A stretch of 64,000 bases of DNA from Minisyncoccota bacterium (GCA_035714745.1 DASTLR010000007.1:70205-134204); one strand, 5' to 3'. Positions 21,070-30,806 are shown, numbered from the stretch's first letter. Notes: a model not told the origin generated them from the letters alone. Made by a program: numbers and translations.

Positions 21070-21726
21070 GTGTATGATCGCGGCATGGATCTTTTCCGGA
21101 ACATATTCGATTTCGTCCTCGAGACGCTCATGCCCGCTCATCCGCTGGTCCGGCGGGTTGAAAAGCTGGGCGTCCAGGCGTTCAGGCCCTGGCCCGTAGT
21201 CGGCGAATACCAGGGCTTCTTTTACCTGGCCTCGTACAAGCACCCAGCGGCCCAGGCAGCCATCCTCGACATCAAAAGCTACGGCAATCGGCGGATGGCG
21301 GCGATCGTCGGCAGAATGCTCGGCGAGGCGCTCGCCGATGGGTCCGTCGCCAAGCCGCCTCCCCTGCCGCTCGTCCTGCCCATTCCCATCACCAGCCGCA
21401 AGCGGCGCGAGCGCGGCTGGAACCAGTGCGAGCTGATCTTGGAAGGTCTCGCGCGGACAGACAGCGGCGTACGGTTCGAGGCCAGGAAGGATATCCTCGT
21501 CAAAACGCGCGAGAACGTCGATTCGGTCGGCCTCAGCAAAGCCCAGCGGCGCGAGAACCTTCGAAACTGCTTTGCCGTGCGGCCTCAAGCCGCCGCAGAG
21601 GTCGCCGGCCGCAGCGTCATAGTCATCGACGACGTCCTCACCACCGGCGCTACTTTTGCCGAAGCCCGCCGCGCCCTCCTCGCCGCCGGCGCGCGCAAGG
21701 TCCTCTGCGTGGCGATCGCTCATTGA
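21070..21726 (+). CDS. comF: ComF-family competence protein (phosphoribosyltransferase domain)
   Basis: PRTase motif VIVIDDVLTTGAT. Divergent from pilM. A Tfp/competence context. Confidence 0.7.
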   Translation: MYDRGMDLFRNIFDFVLETLMPAHPLVRRVEKLGVQAFRPWPVVGEYQGFFYLASYKHPAAQAAILDIKSYGNRRMAAIVGRMLGEALADGSVAKPPPLPLVLPIPITSRKRRERGWNQCELILEGLARTDSGVRFEARKDILVKTRENVDSVGLSKAQRRENLRNCFAVRPQAAAEVAGRSVIVIDDVLTTGATFAEARRALLAAGARKVLCVAIAH

Positions 21727-22358
21727 CCCGTCAGCCTCAGCGGCTTTTCCGTGATGCTGTATATCCTCTCGTCCTTCAGCCGGGCGAGATTCTCTATGCC
21801 TTCGGAAATGGGAGTGTAGTCGCGCAGGATGAGGTCTTTCCTCTGAGCCGCCAGATGCGCAGCCACGCGAGGAAAGATCAGTCTGAACCAATAGGTATAC
21901 GCGTCGGGCGCCGCGGCCAAGTCCCGCTCGATGCGCGATGGCGTCGACCATTTCCAGTCGCTCGCCTCGCGCCTGTCGGAACGCGGATCGCGCTCGTATC
22001 GGCCGACGAAGACATGGTCGAATTCATGCTCGACCATGCCTCCCGGCAATTCGACGCAATACGTTAGGGCGAAGGCCTCGCGAAGCGAGCAGTCGAAGCC
22101 CATCTCTTCGCGCAGCCTGCGGTGCGCCGCCGATTCCAAAAGCTCGCCGGCGCGCGGGTGGCCGCAGCAAGCGTTCGACCAGAGCCCGGCCGAGTGGTAT
22201 TTCCTGCGCGAGCGCTTCTGCAACAGCCATTCTCCCCGGGAATTGAATATGAAGATGGAAAAAGCCTCGTGGAGCTCTCCCGCGCGATGCGCCGCGATCT
22301 TTTCCATGGCCCCGATCCTCTTGCCCGCCCTGTCTACCAGATTCAACGTCTCCTGCAT
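21720..22358 (-). CDS. idi: Isopentenyl-diphosphate delta-isomerase, type 1 (Nudix fold)
   Basis: WSNACCGHP matches the IDI-1 catalytic motif (W.N.CC.HP). Also HRAGELHEAFSIFIFN. Start at MQETLNL. Confidence 0.75.
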   Translation of the reverse strand: MQETLNLVDRAGKRIGAMEKIAAHRAGELHEAFSIFIFNSRGEWLLQKRSRRKYHSAGLWSNACCGHPRAGELLESAAHRRLREEMGFDCSLREAFALTYCVELPGGMVEHEFDHVFVGRYERDPRSDRREASDWKWSTPSRIERDLAAAPDAYTYWFRLIFPRVAAHLAAQRKDLILRDYTPISEGIENLARLKDERIYSITEKPLRLTGQ

Positions 22359-22474
22359 GCCGCGAGCATACACGAGGCCGATAAAATCCAGATAAAATCG
22401 GCCTGAAGAAAAGATAAAGACGCTCTGTAGGCCTATGCTGAACCGCTATCTGCGATGCAGATGAGAGCGACGCG

Positions 22475-23287
22475 TCATATCGCCGCAGCCGAGGTGACCG
22501 AGAGGATGCCTTCCATATCGTACTTCTGCCACATGTCGGTGTTGAGCGTCTCTGCCGGGGTGAGCACGCCCTCGACGCGCACGCGGACGCCAGAGCCGAT
22601 CAGCCGAGAGACGTCGGTCGAGGACAACAGGCTCATGTTCAGGGCATATACATGGCCATCGTCGGCGCGAAAGCCCATGGCGCACTCCAGCGTCTGAGGG
22701 CCGGTCTTGATGCGATGCTCCAGGCACGTCTGCGTGCCCGTGACGGATACTCGTGCGGGCAGGGTCGAAGAGGCGCCCTTTTCGGCAGAGACCAAGAGCC
22801 ATGACCCAGAGCGCTTCTCCCAGCGGAGCATCACCGGATAGACAGCCGCCACGCGCTGAGGATCGGCACTGGTGGTCTCGACGACGTTGCCTTCGACGAC
22901 GTACGAGCCGTCCGGCTGAAGCGAGACGCCGACCACCGAGAGGCTGTCCGGATACGGATTGGACGTCTGCCTGCCCAGGGCCCGCGACGGGTCGGCCTTC
23001 CAGCGCGCCAAAAGCTCGGGCGCTACATAAGCGCCATATTCCCTATCCAGGGCCGCCGCCAGGCTTGCAGCCGGAGCCATGAGCGAGACGTTCTTCAGCC
23101 TGGAGCCCAGGCCCCGCGCCGCAGCTTCGACAGCACCCTGCTCGCCGCTGCTGACCGACTGCGAAGGCTGGCTATCCGCCGGCGCCTCGCCCCGGTGCGC
23201 CAGATACCACGCCCCCGCCGTCACAAAGAGCGCCACTATCGCTATCTTGAAGATGGTTATGGTTTTCATATGGATACTACGAATCAT
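22475..23287 (-). CDS. Secreted/membrane-anchored hypothetical protein
   Basis: N-terminal signal/anchor MKTITIFKIAIVALFVTAGAWYLA. No other motif found. Confidence 0.5.
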   Translation of the reverse strand: MIRSIHMKTITIFKIAIVALFVTAGAWYLAHRGEAPADSQPSQSVSSGEQGAVEAAARGLGSRLKNVSLMAPAASLAAALDREYGAYVAPELLARWKADPSRALGRQTSNPYPDSLSVVGVSLQPDGSYVVEGNVVETTSADPQRVAAVYPVMLRWEKRSGSWLLVSAEKGASSTLPARVSVTGTQTCLEHRIKTGPQTLECAMGFRADDGHVYALNMSLLSSTDVSRLIGSGVRVRVEGVLTPAETLNTDMWQKYDMEGILSVTSAAAI

Positions 23288-23303
23288 ACCTCTTTTACAC
23301 CAT

Positions 23304-23332
23304 TTGACCTAAATGCTTATGAATGTTATAAT
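23304..23332 (+). promoter_or_regulatory. Consensus sigma70-type promoter TTGACC-N17-TATAAT; the predicted TSS coincides with the ATG at 23341 (leaderless)
   Basis: TTGACC at 23304-23309 and TATAAT at 23327-23332. The ATG lies 9 nt downstream. Confidence 0.6.
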
Positions 23333-23340
23333 AAAAACAG

Positions 23341-24492
23341 ATGAACACCGACATCAGCCAGACTTCGCCCAAAACCGCCTTCATCGTCATCGATGGGGGC
23401 CCTTGCTCAGGAAAAACGACCGGACTAGCCCGCATCAAACAAGCTCTGGAAGGCGTGGGCATCATCGCCCTCGTCATGCCGGAAGCCGCGACGCTTCTCA
23501 TCAAAGCGGGCGTCACGCCCTGGGACCTCGACTCGCTCGAATTCCAAGGGCACGTCACCGACGTGCAGATCAGCCTCGAAAGCACCTTCAACAAGGCAGC
23601 GGAGGAGCTCGCGCGGAAGCATGGCAAGAAATGCGTCGTCGTGTGCGACCGAGGACTGGTCGGCCAGGCAGCATACCTGCCCGGACCGTCCCCTCTCGCG
23701 CTCCTCGACGACCTATTCGCCGAAAGAGGCACGAGCGTAGAATCGGCTCGCGCGCGCTATGCCGGCGTGATCCACATGGTCACGGCAGCAGACGGCGCCG
23801 AGTCCTTTTATACGCTCGCGAACAACGAGGCGCGGACGGAGACGCCGGAACAGGCGCGGGTCGTCGATAAACGGACGCTCGCCGCCTGGCTCGGCCATCC
23901 GCACGTCGCCGTGGCGGCGAACGTCGACCAGCAAGGCAGGCCCGTCTCGTTCGACGCAAAGATCGCCACGGTCGTCGCCGAGGTCTTTCGGATCCTCGGC
24001 TATCCTCAGCCGATCGAGATCGAAGACAAGTTCCTTCTCGAGCGGTTCGACCCGACGGCGCTGACGGTTCCCTACGAAGCCATCTCCCTGGAGCAGACCT
24101 ATCTGGTGCCCAAGGAAAAAGGCTCCGAAGAGCGGGTGCGGGCGCGCCGATGGCTGGGCAGCGGGTCGTATTACCACACGGTGAAGCGGCCCTCGCCCGA
24201 CGGAGGGCGCGTCGAGATCGAACGGTTGATCACGGTCAGCGAGTATCGGCGGCTCCTGGAGCGCGCCGACGCCAGCCGCCAGCCGATCGTGAAGACCCGC
24301 TACTGCTTCGTCTGGAACAACCAATACTTCGAGGCGGACGCCTTCCACGGCCGACACGAAGGGCTGTTCCTCCTGGAGCGCGAGAAGACGGACATCAACG
24401 ACTCGACAGACCTGCCGCCGTTCCTCAGGGTTATTCGGGACGTCACCGACGACCCCGCCTTCAAGAACAGCGCCCTGGCGAAAGCGGCATGA
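23341..24492 (+). CDS. Fusion protein: N-terminal P-loop NTPase/kinase (NadR/AAA_28-like) plus C-terminal CYTH (triphosphate tunnel metalloenzyme) domain
   Basis: Walker A IVIDGGPCSGKTTGLARI. The C-terminal half starts EIEDKFLLERF (CYTH ExExK signature) and has further acidic/basic tunnel residues. 383 aa. Confidence 0.6.
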   Translation: MNTDISQTSPKTAFIVIDGGPCSGKTTGLARIKQALEGVGIIALVMPEAATLLIKAGVTPWDLDSLEFQGHVTDVQISLESTFNKAAEELARKHGKKCVVVCDRGLVGQAAYLPGPSPLALLDDLFAERGTSVESARARYAGVIHMVTAADGAESFYTLANNEARTETPEQARVVDKRTLAAWLGHPHVAVAANVDQQGRPVSFDAKIATVVAEVFRILGYPQPIEIEDKFLLERFDPTALTVPYEAISLEQTYLVPKEKGSEERVRARRWLGSGSYYHTVKRPSPDGGRVEIERLITVSEYRRLLERADASRQPIVKTRYCFVWNNQYFEADAFHGRHEGLFLLEREKTDINDSTDLPPFLRVIRDVTDDPAFKNSALAKAA

Positions 24493-24518
24493 CAAAAAGC
24501 CAAGGAAACATCGAGGCC

Positions 24519-24548
24519 CGCACATGATGCGGGCCTTTTTTCTATACG
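24519..24548 (+). terminator. Intrinsic terminator GGCCCGCA-catga-TGCGGGCC followed by T7
   Basis: Strong GC stem followed by TTTTTTT. Confidence 0.8.
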
Positions 24549-24582
24549 AGGAAACACAATATCTCGTGCTAGCTATCAATGG

Positions 24583-24672
24583 CGGAGACGGAGGGATTCG
24601 AACCCTCGGTACCTTTTTAAAGGGTACACTTCTTTAGCAAAGAAGCTCATTCGACCACTCTGACACGTCTCC
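24583..24672 (-). tRNA. tRNA-Ser (anticodon GCU), class II with a long variable arm
   Basis: Reverse complement GGAGACGTGTCAGAGTGGTCGAATGAGCTTCTTTGCTAAAGAAG...GGTTCGAATCCCTCCGTCTCCG, with CCA encoded (to 24580). Anticodon loop TTGCTAA. Confidence 0.8.
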
Positions 24673-24789
24673 GTTTCGCTCCGTCGCCGGGCTTCTCTCA
24701 TACCTTTCTCCCGACCGGTAGCGTTTCAAAGTTAGCATAAAATCTGCTTTTTTGGTAAGGTCGGGCCTGAGATCGAACCTTTATTCCCT

Positions 24790-25272
24790 ATGTCCTCTAC
24801 CGCTACTCCCCGCCCTGCCTGGAAATGGAATTCCGTCGGCCGCAGCTTCACGCGGCCAAAGAACGACAGGCGCGACCCGCGCCGACCGAAATACGTCACG
24901 CATATGAACGGCAAAGTCTCCGGCATCATGACGGTGACCAAGGTCCCGCGCGCCATCGACACCTTCGAGATCGAGGCGACCGTCTACCACGGCGACGGCG
25001 AAGTCTTCATCAAGAAGCGCCTGACCGGCGCGCAGCTGGCCGCCTTTGCCGACGTGCCTGACCGAGACCTGGATCCAAGCGACCATGAATACGCCTTCGC
25101 CTATGGCGCCGACCACGCCGTGCCCGGCAAGTTCGCTCGGAACGGCAACGAGGCCGTCTTCCCCAATCCGGGCACCGGTAAGCGCGGCGACGCCGTCTTC
25201 TATCTGCAGATCAAGAAGTTCTTCTCCGAGGAGATGGATCGCATGATCCGCGCCGGCCGCGCCCACGACTGA
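24790..25272 (+). CDS. Hypothetical protein (160 aa; Arg-rich N-terminus may be an over-extension, alternative start at MNGKV 24904)
   Basis: ORF followed by a strong terminator. No recognisable motif. Confidence 0.45.
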   Translation: MSSTATPRPAWKWNSVGRSFTRPKNDRRDPRRPKYVTHMNGKVSGIMTVTKVPRAIDTFEIEATVYHGDGEVFIKKRLTGAQLAAFADVPDRDLDPSDHEYAFAYGADHAVPGKFARNGNEAVFPNPGTGKRGDAVFYLQIKKFFSEEMDRMIRAGRAHD

Positions 25273-25303
25273 TCGGATAGGCATGCCGCATCGATCGCAC
25301 ATG

Positions 25304-25325
25304 ACCCGCCTGCGCGGGTTTTTTC
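25304..25325 (+). terminator. Intrinsic terminator ACCCGC-ctgc-GCGGGT followed by T7
   Basis: Hairpin followed by TTTTTTCTTT. Confidence 0.7.
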
Positions 25326-25343
25326 TTTGGCTAGTCTGAACCG

Positions 25344-27110
25344 CTAGCTCTGCCTCTTGTGATGGAGGAGCATGTCAACGGCGTGCTCCATGGAGCCGGC
25401 CTCGCGGATCTCGCCGGCGTTGACGAAGAATATGTCGTCGGCGCTGGCGATGGTGTTCAGCCTGTGGGCGATGACCACCTTGGTCGTCGTCGGTGGCAGC
25501 TTGGCCAGGATGTCCTCCAGGATCTTTTCCGTCACCGTGTCGATGTTGGCCGTGGCTTCGTCCAGGATGAGTATCTCGGGCTTGCGCAGGACGGCGCGGA
25601 CAAAGGCGATGATCTGCTTCTCTCCCAGGGAGAGCGCCCCGCTCGCGTCGACCGAGGCCGAGAGCCCGCCCTTGAATCGCTCGAGGAGCGACCCTAGCCC
25701 CGCCTCGGCCAAGACTTTTTTCAAGGCCTCCTCGGAAAGGCCGGCGTATCCTGGATTGCCATACAATATGTTGTCGCGCACCGTGCCGCTAAAGAGGAAC
25801 GGCTCCTGGAGGATGAAGCCGATCTTTTTGGAGCGCTCGGCCGGGTCGTAGGACCTGATGTCGCGGCCGTCCAAATAGACCGTGCCCGCGGTCGGGTCGT
25901 AGAGGCGGGCGATGAGCGAGGCGGTGGTGGTCTTGCCCCCGCCGGTCGGGCCGACCAGGGCGTAGGTCTTGCCGCGCTCGAAGGCGAAGCTGGCGTCGCG
26001 GAGCACTTCCCTGCCGCCCGGATAGGCGAACGAGACACGCTCGAAGTCGATGACCCCGCGCCCGCCCTTCTTGCCCTCTGAGGCAGGGATGACGGCCAGG
26101 TCGGACGACAGATGGAGGATCCTGGAGACGCGGTCCCAGGCCGCCAGGGCCACCTGGAAGGTCGACCACAGGCGGGCCATCTCGCGCAGCGGGTCATAGA
26201 AGCGCGTGACGTAGAGGACGAACGAGACCAAGAGACCGATGGCGAACTGGCCCTGGGTGATGAGATAGAGGCCGACGCCCAGGACGATGAGCTGGGCGAC
26301 ATTGCCGGCGAATTCGAATACCGGGGTGAAGAGCTCGTTCACATAGCCCGCCCCGACGGCGGACCGAAAGGCCGCCTGGTTCGCCTCGGCGAAATGGGAA
26401 CGGAAATAGTCGCGGCGGTTAAAGGCCAGGACGACCTTGAAATTGGCGATCGATTCCTGGACTTCGGCGGACAAGAGGCCGCCCGCGCGCAGGCTGCCGG
26501 CGTTCCTTCGCGCCACCAGCCGCGATATCAGACGGGTAAAGATGAAGATGCCGACGGCCGGCAGGAGCGCCGCCACTCCCAATTGCCAGTTGATGAAGAG
26601 GATGAAGAGCCCCGCGCCGATGATCAGGAAGATGTTCCCGGCGAAGCGCATCAGCCCCTGGGAAAAGAACTGATTGAGCCTGTCGGTGTCGCTGTTGATG
26701 CGCGAGATCAGGTCGCCGGTCTTGTTCACGGCAAAGAACGCCAGGGGCAATTCCTGAAGCTTGGCGAACAGGTCGTTGCGCAGGCGCCAGAGGGTGCGCT
26801 GGGCCACGCCGCCCATGACCCTCATCTGGATATAGTTGGCGATAAAGGCGCCCAGGTAGATGGCCAAGAGCAGGCCCGACGAGACCAGCACGCCATGATA
26901 GTCTCCCTTGACCACGTAGCGGTCGATGGCATGGCCGATGACCAGCGGTCCCGCCAGGTTCAGGCCCGAGTTGGCGATGACGGCCACAAAGGCGATCGCC
27001 AGGCCCCTCTTTTCCCCGCGCAGGAGCGGCAGCATCTTCTTCCAGGCAGAAGCCGGGGCCTTCTTGGCCTCGTCTTCCTTCAATATCTCGTTCAGAGAAT
27101 AGTTATTCAT
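25344..27110 (-). CDS. ABC exporter, fused permease/ATPase subunit (MsbA/multidrug type), heterodimer partner B
   Basis: Six TM helices plus a nucleotide-binding domain with Walker A GPTGGGKTT and the ABC signature (LSLGEKQ). Overlaps the partner gene by 8 nt. Confidence 0.85.
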   Translation of the reverse strand: MNNYSLNEILKEDEAKKAPASAWKKMLPLLRGEKRGLAIAFVAVIANSGLNLAGPLVIGHAIDRYVVKGDYHGVLVSSGLLLAIYLGAFIANYIQMRVMGGVAQRTLWRLRNDLFAKLQELPLAFFAVNKTGDLISRINSDTDRLNQFFSQGLMRFAGNIFLIIGAGLFILFINWQLGVAALLPAVGIFIFTRLISRLVARRNAGSLRAGGLLSAEVQESIANFKVVLAFNRRDYFRSHFAEANQAAFRSAVGAGYVNELFTPVFEFAGNVAQLIVLGVGLYLITQGQFAIGLLVSFVLYVTRFYDPLREMARLWSTFQVALAAWDRVSRILHLSSDLAVIPASEGKKGGRGVIDFERVSFAYPGGREVLRDASFAFERGKTYALVGPTGGGKTTTASLIARLYDPTAGTVYLDGRDIRSYDPAERSKKIGFILQEPFLFSGTVRDNILYGNPGYAGLSEEALKKVLAEAGLGSLLERFKGGLSASVDASGALSLGEKQIIAFVRAVLRKPEILILDEATANIDTVTEKILEDILAKLPPTTTKVVIAHRLNTIASADDIFFVNAGEIREAGSMEHAVDMLLHHKRQS

Positions 27111-28827
27111 AGGTATGCGTGCTTTTTTGCGATTCGACGATTTGAGCATATTCCGGCGACGACTCCGCGAGCTCGGCGTGCGTGCCCTGGGCCAGGACCT
27201 CGCCCTCCATCAGGAGGATGACCTGGTCGAAGCGCTCGGCCGACTGGACCTTTTGGGTGACAGAGACCAGAGTGATGCCCGGATAGTTCTTTTCCAGGTT
27301 CGCCAGGATCCTGGCCTCGGTAGCCGCGTCGACGCGGGCGGTGAAGTCGTCCAGGAAAAGGATCCGTGGATTCAGGGCCAGGGCGCGGGCCAGCATGATG
27401 CGCTGCTTCTGGCCGCCCGACAGCGTCGTGCCGCGCTCCGAGACCATGGTATCGAGGCCCTGGGGCAAGGACGCCACGAAATCGGCGAGCTCGGCGGTCT
27501 GGATGGCCCTGTCCACCGCTTCGGCCGAAGCCGTCCGGCCAAAGGCGACGTTCTCGCGCAGGCTCAGGTTGAACATCACGCTGTCCTGAAAGACGATGGC
27601 TGCCTGGGCGTGGAGGGCGTCCTTTGCATAGCTCTCGAGCGGCTTGCCGTCGTAGAGGACCTGCCCCGAGCGCGGCTTGATGAGCCCGATGAGGGCGTAG
27701 AGGAGCTGGGTCTTGCCCGCCGCCGTCGGGCCGACGATGGCCGCGCGCGTGCCCGCAGGGATGCTGAACGAGACGTCGCGGAGGGCGTCCTTTTCTCCGT
27801 AGGAGACGGTCAAGCCCCTGACCTCCAGGTCGCCGCGGAGCTGCGACGCGTCCCGCCCATCATCCTTCTCGTCCTCCAGGCCCAGGATCTCGGCGATGCG
27901 CGCGTACGACGTCTGCGCGCGCGAGACGATCTGCGAGACGAAGCCCAGCATGATGATCGGGAATATGAGGATGATGACATAGCTATTGAAGGCGATGAAA
28001 TCGCCGATGGAGAGCGTGCCGGCGATGACGAACCGGCCTCCCAGGGCCAGGATGACCAGGGCCGCCATGTTGGCGACGATGCCGACGGTCGGGATGACCA
28101 CGCAGAAGAGCTTCAGTACCCTCATGCCGTTCTCGCGGGCCTGGAGGTTCTCGCCGTGGAACTTGCCGAGCTCTAGGCCCTGGGCGTCGACCACCCGGAC
28201 CAAGGCGGCGCCGACGATGGACTGGCTGATGATGCCGTTCAGGCGGTCGATGATCTCCTGCCCCCTCTTGAACAAGGGTCCCAGGCGGCGGAAGACCAAG
28301 GAGAGGACGATGGCGATGATCGGCAAGAGGGCGAGCACGGCCAGGGCCAGCCTCCAGTCGATGGAAAAGAGCAGGGCCGAAGCGCCGATGATGAGGATGA
28401 CGGACGAGACGACGGTGGCCACGCCCTGGGAGGCCAGCATCTTTACCGCCTCGATGTCGGAAGTCAGATTGGTCAGGAGCTTGGAGGGCGTCTCTTTCTC
28501 CAGGCGGGCATAGCTCATGCGCGAGATCTTGTCGGCGAGCCGGCCGCGCAGGTCGCGCGCCGCCCGCTCAGAGAGGTAGGTCTGAAAGGCGCCCTGGAGA
28601 TAGGTGGAGACCAGGACGGCGAGGGAGATGCCCAAAAATTCCAGGGCGATGCGATCCAGGTCCAGGGTACCGCGGGCAAAGGTGTCGATGCCCCGGGCGA
28701 TGAGCTTGGGGATGAAAAGGCCCAGGGCGTTGCCGGCGATGGTACAGAGCGAGAGCAAAGCCACAAAGCCCCAGTAGGGCTTTAATATGTCGATTATCTT
28801 GGGTTTTTGAGTGGATAGCGGGGGCAT
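27103..28827 (-). CDS. ABC exporter, fused permease/ATPase subunit, heterodimer partner A
   Basis: Walker A GPTAAGKTQ. Signature LSGGQKQR. Walker B ILFLDD. Confidence 0.85.
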   Translation of the reverse strand: MPPLSTQKPKIIDILKPYWGFVALLSLCTIAGNALGLFIPKLIARGIDTFARGTLDLDRIALEFLGISLAVLVSTYLQGAFQTYLSERAARDLRGRLADKISRMSYARLEKETPSKLLTNLTSDIEAVKMLASQGVATVVSSVILIIGASALLFSIDWRLALAVLALLPIIAIVLSLVFRRLGPLFKRGQEIIDRLNGIISQSIVGAALVRVVDAQGLELGKFHGENLQARENGMRVLKLFCVVIPTVGIVANMAALVILALGGRFVIAGTLSIGDFIAFNSYVIILIFPIIMLGFVSQIVSRAQTSYARIAEILGLEDEKDDGRDASQLRGDLEVRGLTVSYGEKDALRDVSFSIPAGTRAAIVGPTAAGKTQLLYALIGLIKPRSGQVLYDGKPLESYAKDALHAQAAIVFQDSVMFNLSLRENVAFGRTASAEAVDRAIQTAELADFVASLPQGLDTMVSERGTTLSGGQKQRIMLARALALNPRILFLDDFTARVDAATEARILANLEKNYPGITLVSVTQKVQSAERFDQVILLMEGEVLAQGTHAELAESSPEYAQIVESQKSTHTYE

Positions 28828-28859
28828 GGCCTATACTTGGCGTACGTTATGATACGAAT

Positions 28860-29729
28860 ATGACGCTTAAACGGTTTATCGGCACCGTAAAAGACTACCA
28901 CAGAAAGAGCGGAAGGCACGACCTGCCCTGGCGCCTGACGCGCGACCCGTACGAGATACTGGTCTCAGAAGTCATGCTCCAACAGACGCAGGTCTCGCGC
29001 GTCCTCCGGAAGTGGCCGGAGTTCCTGCGGCGCTTCCCTACCGTCCAGGCTCTGGCGAGGGCATCGGTCGCCGATGTCCTGGCGGCCTGGCAGGGTCTGG
29101 GCTACAACCGGCGCGCCCTGGCATTGAAGCGCGCCGCCGAGGCGGTCGTCCGCGACTTCGGCGGAGAGTTCCCGCGGGACGCCGCGGCACTCGAATCCCT
29201 GCCCGGCGTCGGCCCCTCGACCCGCGGGGCCGTCATGGCCTTTGCCTGGGATATGCCGACAGTTTTCATCGAGACGAACATCAGAGCCGTCTATCTCCAT
29301 CATTTCTTCCGCGACCCCAAAGGCACGCAGAAGAGCGGCATCCACGACCGCGACATCCTGCCCCTAGTAGAACAGACCCTGGACCGGCACGACCCCCGCT
29401 CGTGGTATTACGCCCTCATGGACTACGGCGTCCACCTCAAGCAGACCCTGCCCAACCCTTCGCGCGCCTCGCGGCACCATGTCCGACAGTCAGCCTTCAA
29501 AGGGTCGAATAGGGAGATGCGGTCACGGATAGTGAAGGCAGCGTTGGAAGCGAAAGAGAAAGGGATCACCGTGGAAGAGGCCACGAAGATCACAGGGAGC
29601 ACAGAGGAGACAAAGCGCACGAAGAACACCAAGAGCGCCAGAAAGAAAAAGAGCGTGAAGGAAAATTTACAAGAGTTGACGCTGGAGGGATTCCTGGTCA
29701 AGAGGCGCGGGAGATATTTTTGCGCATAA
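28860..29729 (+). CDS. HhH-GPD base-excision DNA glycosylase (MutY/Nth family), Lys-rich C-terminal tail
   Basis: VSEVMLQQTQVSRV (HhH-GPD family), LPGVGPSTRGAV (helix-hairpin-helix) and a catalytic Asp region. No obvious 4Fe-4S cysteine cluster. Confidence 0.65.
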   Translation: MTLKRFIGTVKDYHRKSGRHDLPWRLTRDPYEILVSEVMLQQTQVSRVLRKWPEFLRRFPTVQALARASVADVLAAWQGLGYNRRALALKRAAEAVVRDFGGEFPRDAAALESLPGVGPSTRGAVMAFAWDMPTVFIETNIRAVYLHHFFRDPKGTQKSGIHDRDILPLVEQTLDRHDPRSWYYALMDYGVHLKQTLPNPSRASRHHVRQSAFKGSNREMRSRIVKAALEAKEKGITVEEATKITGSTEETKRTKNTKSARKKKSVKENLQELTLEGFLVKRRGRYFCA

Positions 29730-29789
29730 AAAGCCGGCAATCGCGAAATCGCGCGCCGGCTTGAATTGCTGAAGCCAGAAGGAACAAGA

Positions 29790-30557
29790 TTACCGCACTG
29801 CTCGACGAGCCCCGAGGGAAGGATCCGCGCGGCGAACGTCGAACCAGTACACGCACACGCGACCGAAGCTGCTGCGAAGCACGCGCGGAACAAAGCCATC
29901 GGCAAACCGGGAGGACGCGCACAGGGTATACGATCTCTCATCGAGATGCTTTCCCGTCTCGCTCCAATATTTGAATCCATGGAGGAGGCGTTCGAGCAGA
30001 CTCTCGGTGTCGATCTTGCGTTCGGCGATGTCTTCCGCGGACATCTTCCGCAGATCCTTGTCGGCCTCGCGACCGTCGCGGACCCAGATCGCGTAGGTCT
30101 CTTTGGCCCCTCCGCGCTCCAACTCCCGCATGACGCTCTCGAGATCGTCGTCGCACCATTTCCACGAGGGGAAGCACACCTTCCCTTTCTCGTAGACCTG
30201 GTTCACCGAAATGCCCTGCGGCACGACGATGAGGCGGTCGAAGCCTTTGACGCGAGCGGGTATCCTCACACCCGCCATATCAACGTCGAAGCCCAAGCGC
30301 ACGACGTAGAACTTGCGCCAGTCGATGATCTGGTCCATCACGACACCCTCGACGTGCGGGTATTCGGTCGCCTCGCAGGCTTTCGGAAGAAGCGCGCCCT
30401 CGATCGCAGCATAGACCGGATGGTCATTGCCGTCGTTGAGCACGGATTGAAGGACATCGAACGGGACGCCCATCTTGCCCACCTTTGTCGCCACACGGGC
30501 GCCGAAGGACAGGCACTGCTCAGGGGTCGCCAATTCGATATCAGCTGTCTTTGTCAT
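29790..30557 (-). CDS. Hypothetical protein (255 aa)
   Basis: Long ORF with native codon usage. No motif recognised. The C-terminal ~45 aa are Arg-rich and could be a frame artefact. Confidence 0.45.
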   Translation of the reverse strand: MTKTADIELATPEQCLSFGARVATKVGKMGVPFDVLQSVLNDGNDHPVYAAIEGALLPKACEATEYPHVEGVVMDQIIDWRKFYVVRLGFDVDMAGVRIPARVKGFDRLIVVPQGISVNQVYEKGKVCFPSWKWCDDDLESVMRELERGGAKETYAIWVRDGREADKDLRKMSAEDIAERKIDTESLLERLLHGFKYWSETGKHLDERSYTLCASSRFADGFVPRVLRSSFGRVCVYWFDVRRADPSLGARRAVR

Positions 30558-30637
30558 GGTATAGCTCGCATCGTCATGGTGCCGTTCTGCCTCTTAACCC
30601 CCGCGAAGCGGAGGTCCAGAGCGTATATCGGGTGCAA

Positions 30638-30708
30638 TCAGATGCGAAATCCGGACGGCGTGGCGACGGCTGTGCGCCGCGGGCACATAGGCCGAACTTC
30701 GCATCTGA
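30638..30708. repeat. 11-bp inverted repeat TCAGATGCGAA / TTCGCATCTGA flanking 49 nt in the recG upstream region
   Basis: Perfect IR at 30638-30648 and 30698-30708 enclosing a GC-rich segment. Confidence 0.6.
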
Positions 30709-30806
30709 TCTTCCTTATACTTCAAGGTTCTTACCCTGTTAGTATTATACTATACTTTGTTAGCAAAAGCAAGTTCCCCGCAGCCCTTCAATATAGGCCT
30801 GATATC

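Noticed and set aside
20464-21951. 495-aa minus-strand ORF spanning pilM and comF
   Set aside because: Arg/Gly/Pro-rich. Wrong frame relative to the two well-supported genes it overlaps.
26112-27221. 369-aa plus-strand ORF antisense to the ABC exporter genes
   Set aside because: Antisense artefact in GC-rich coding sequence. No start context.
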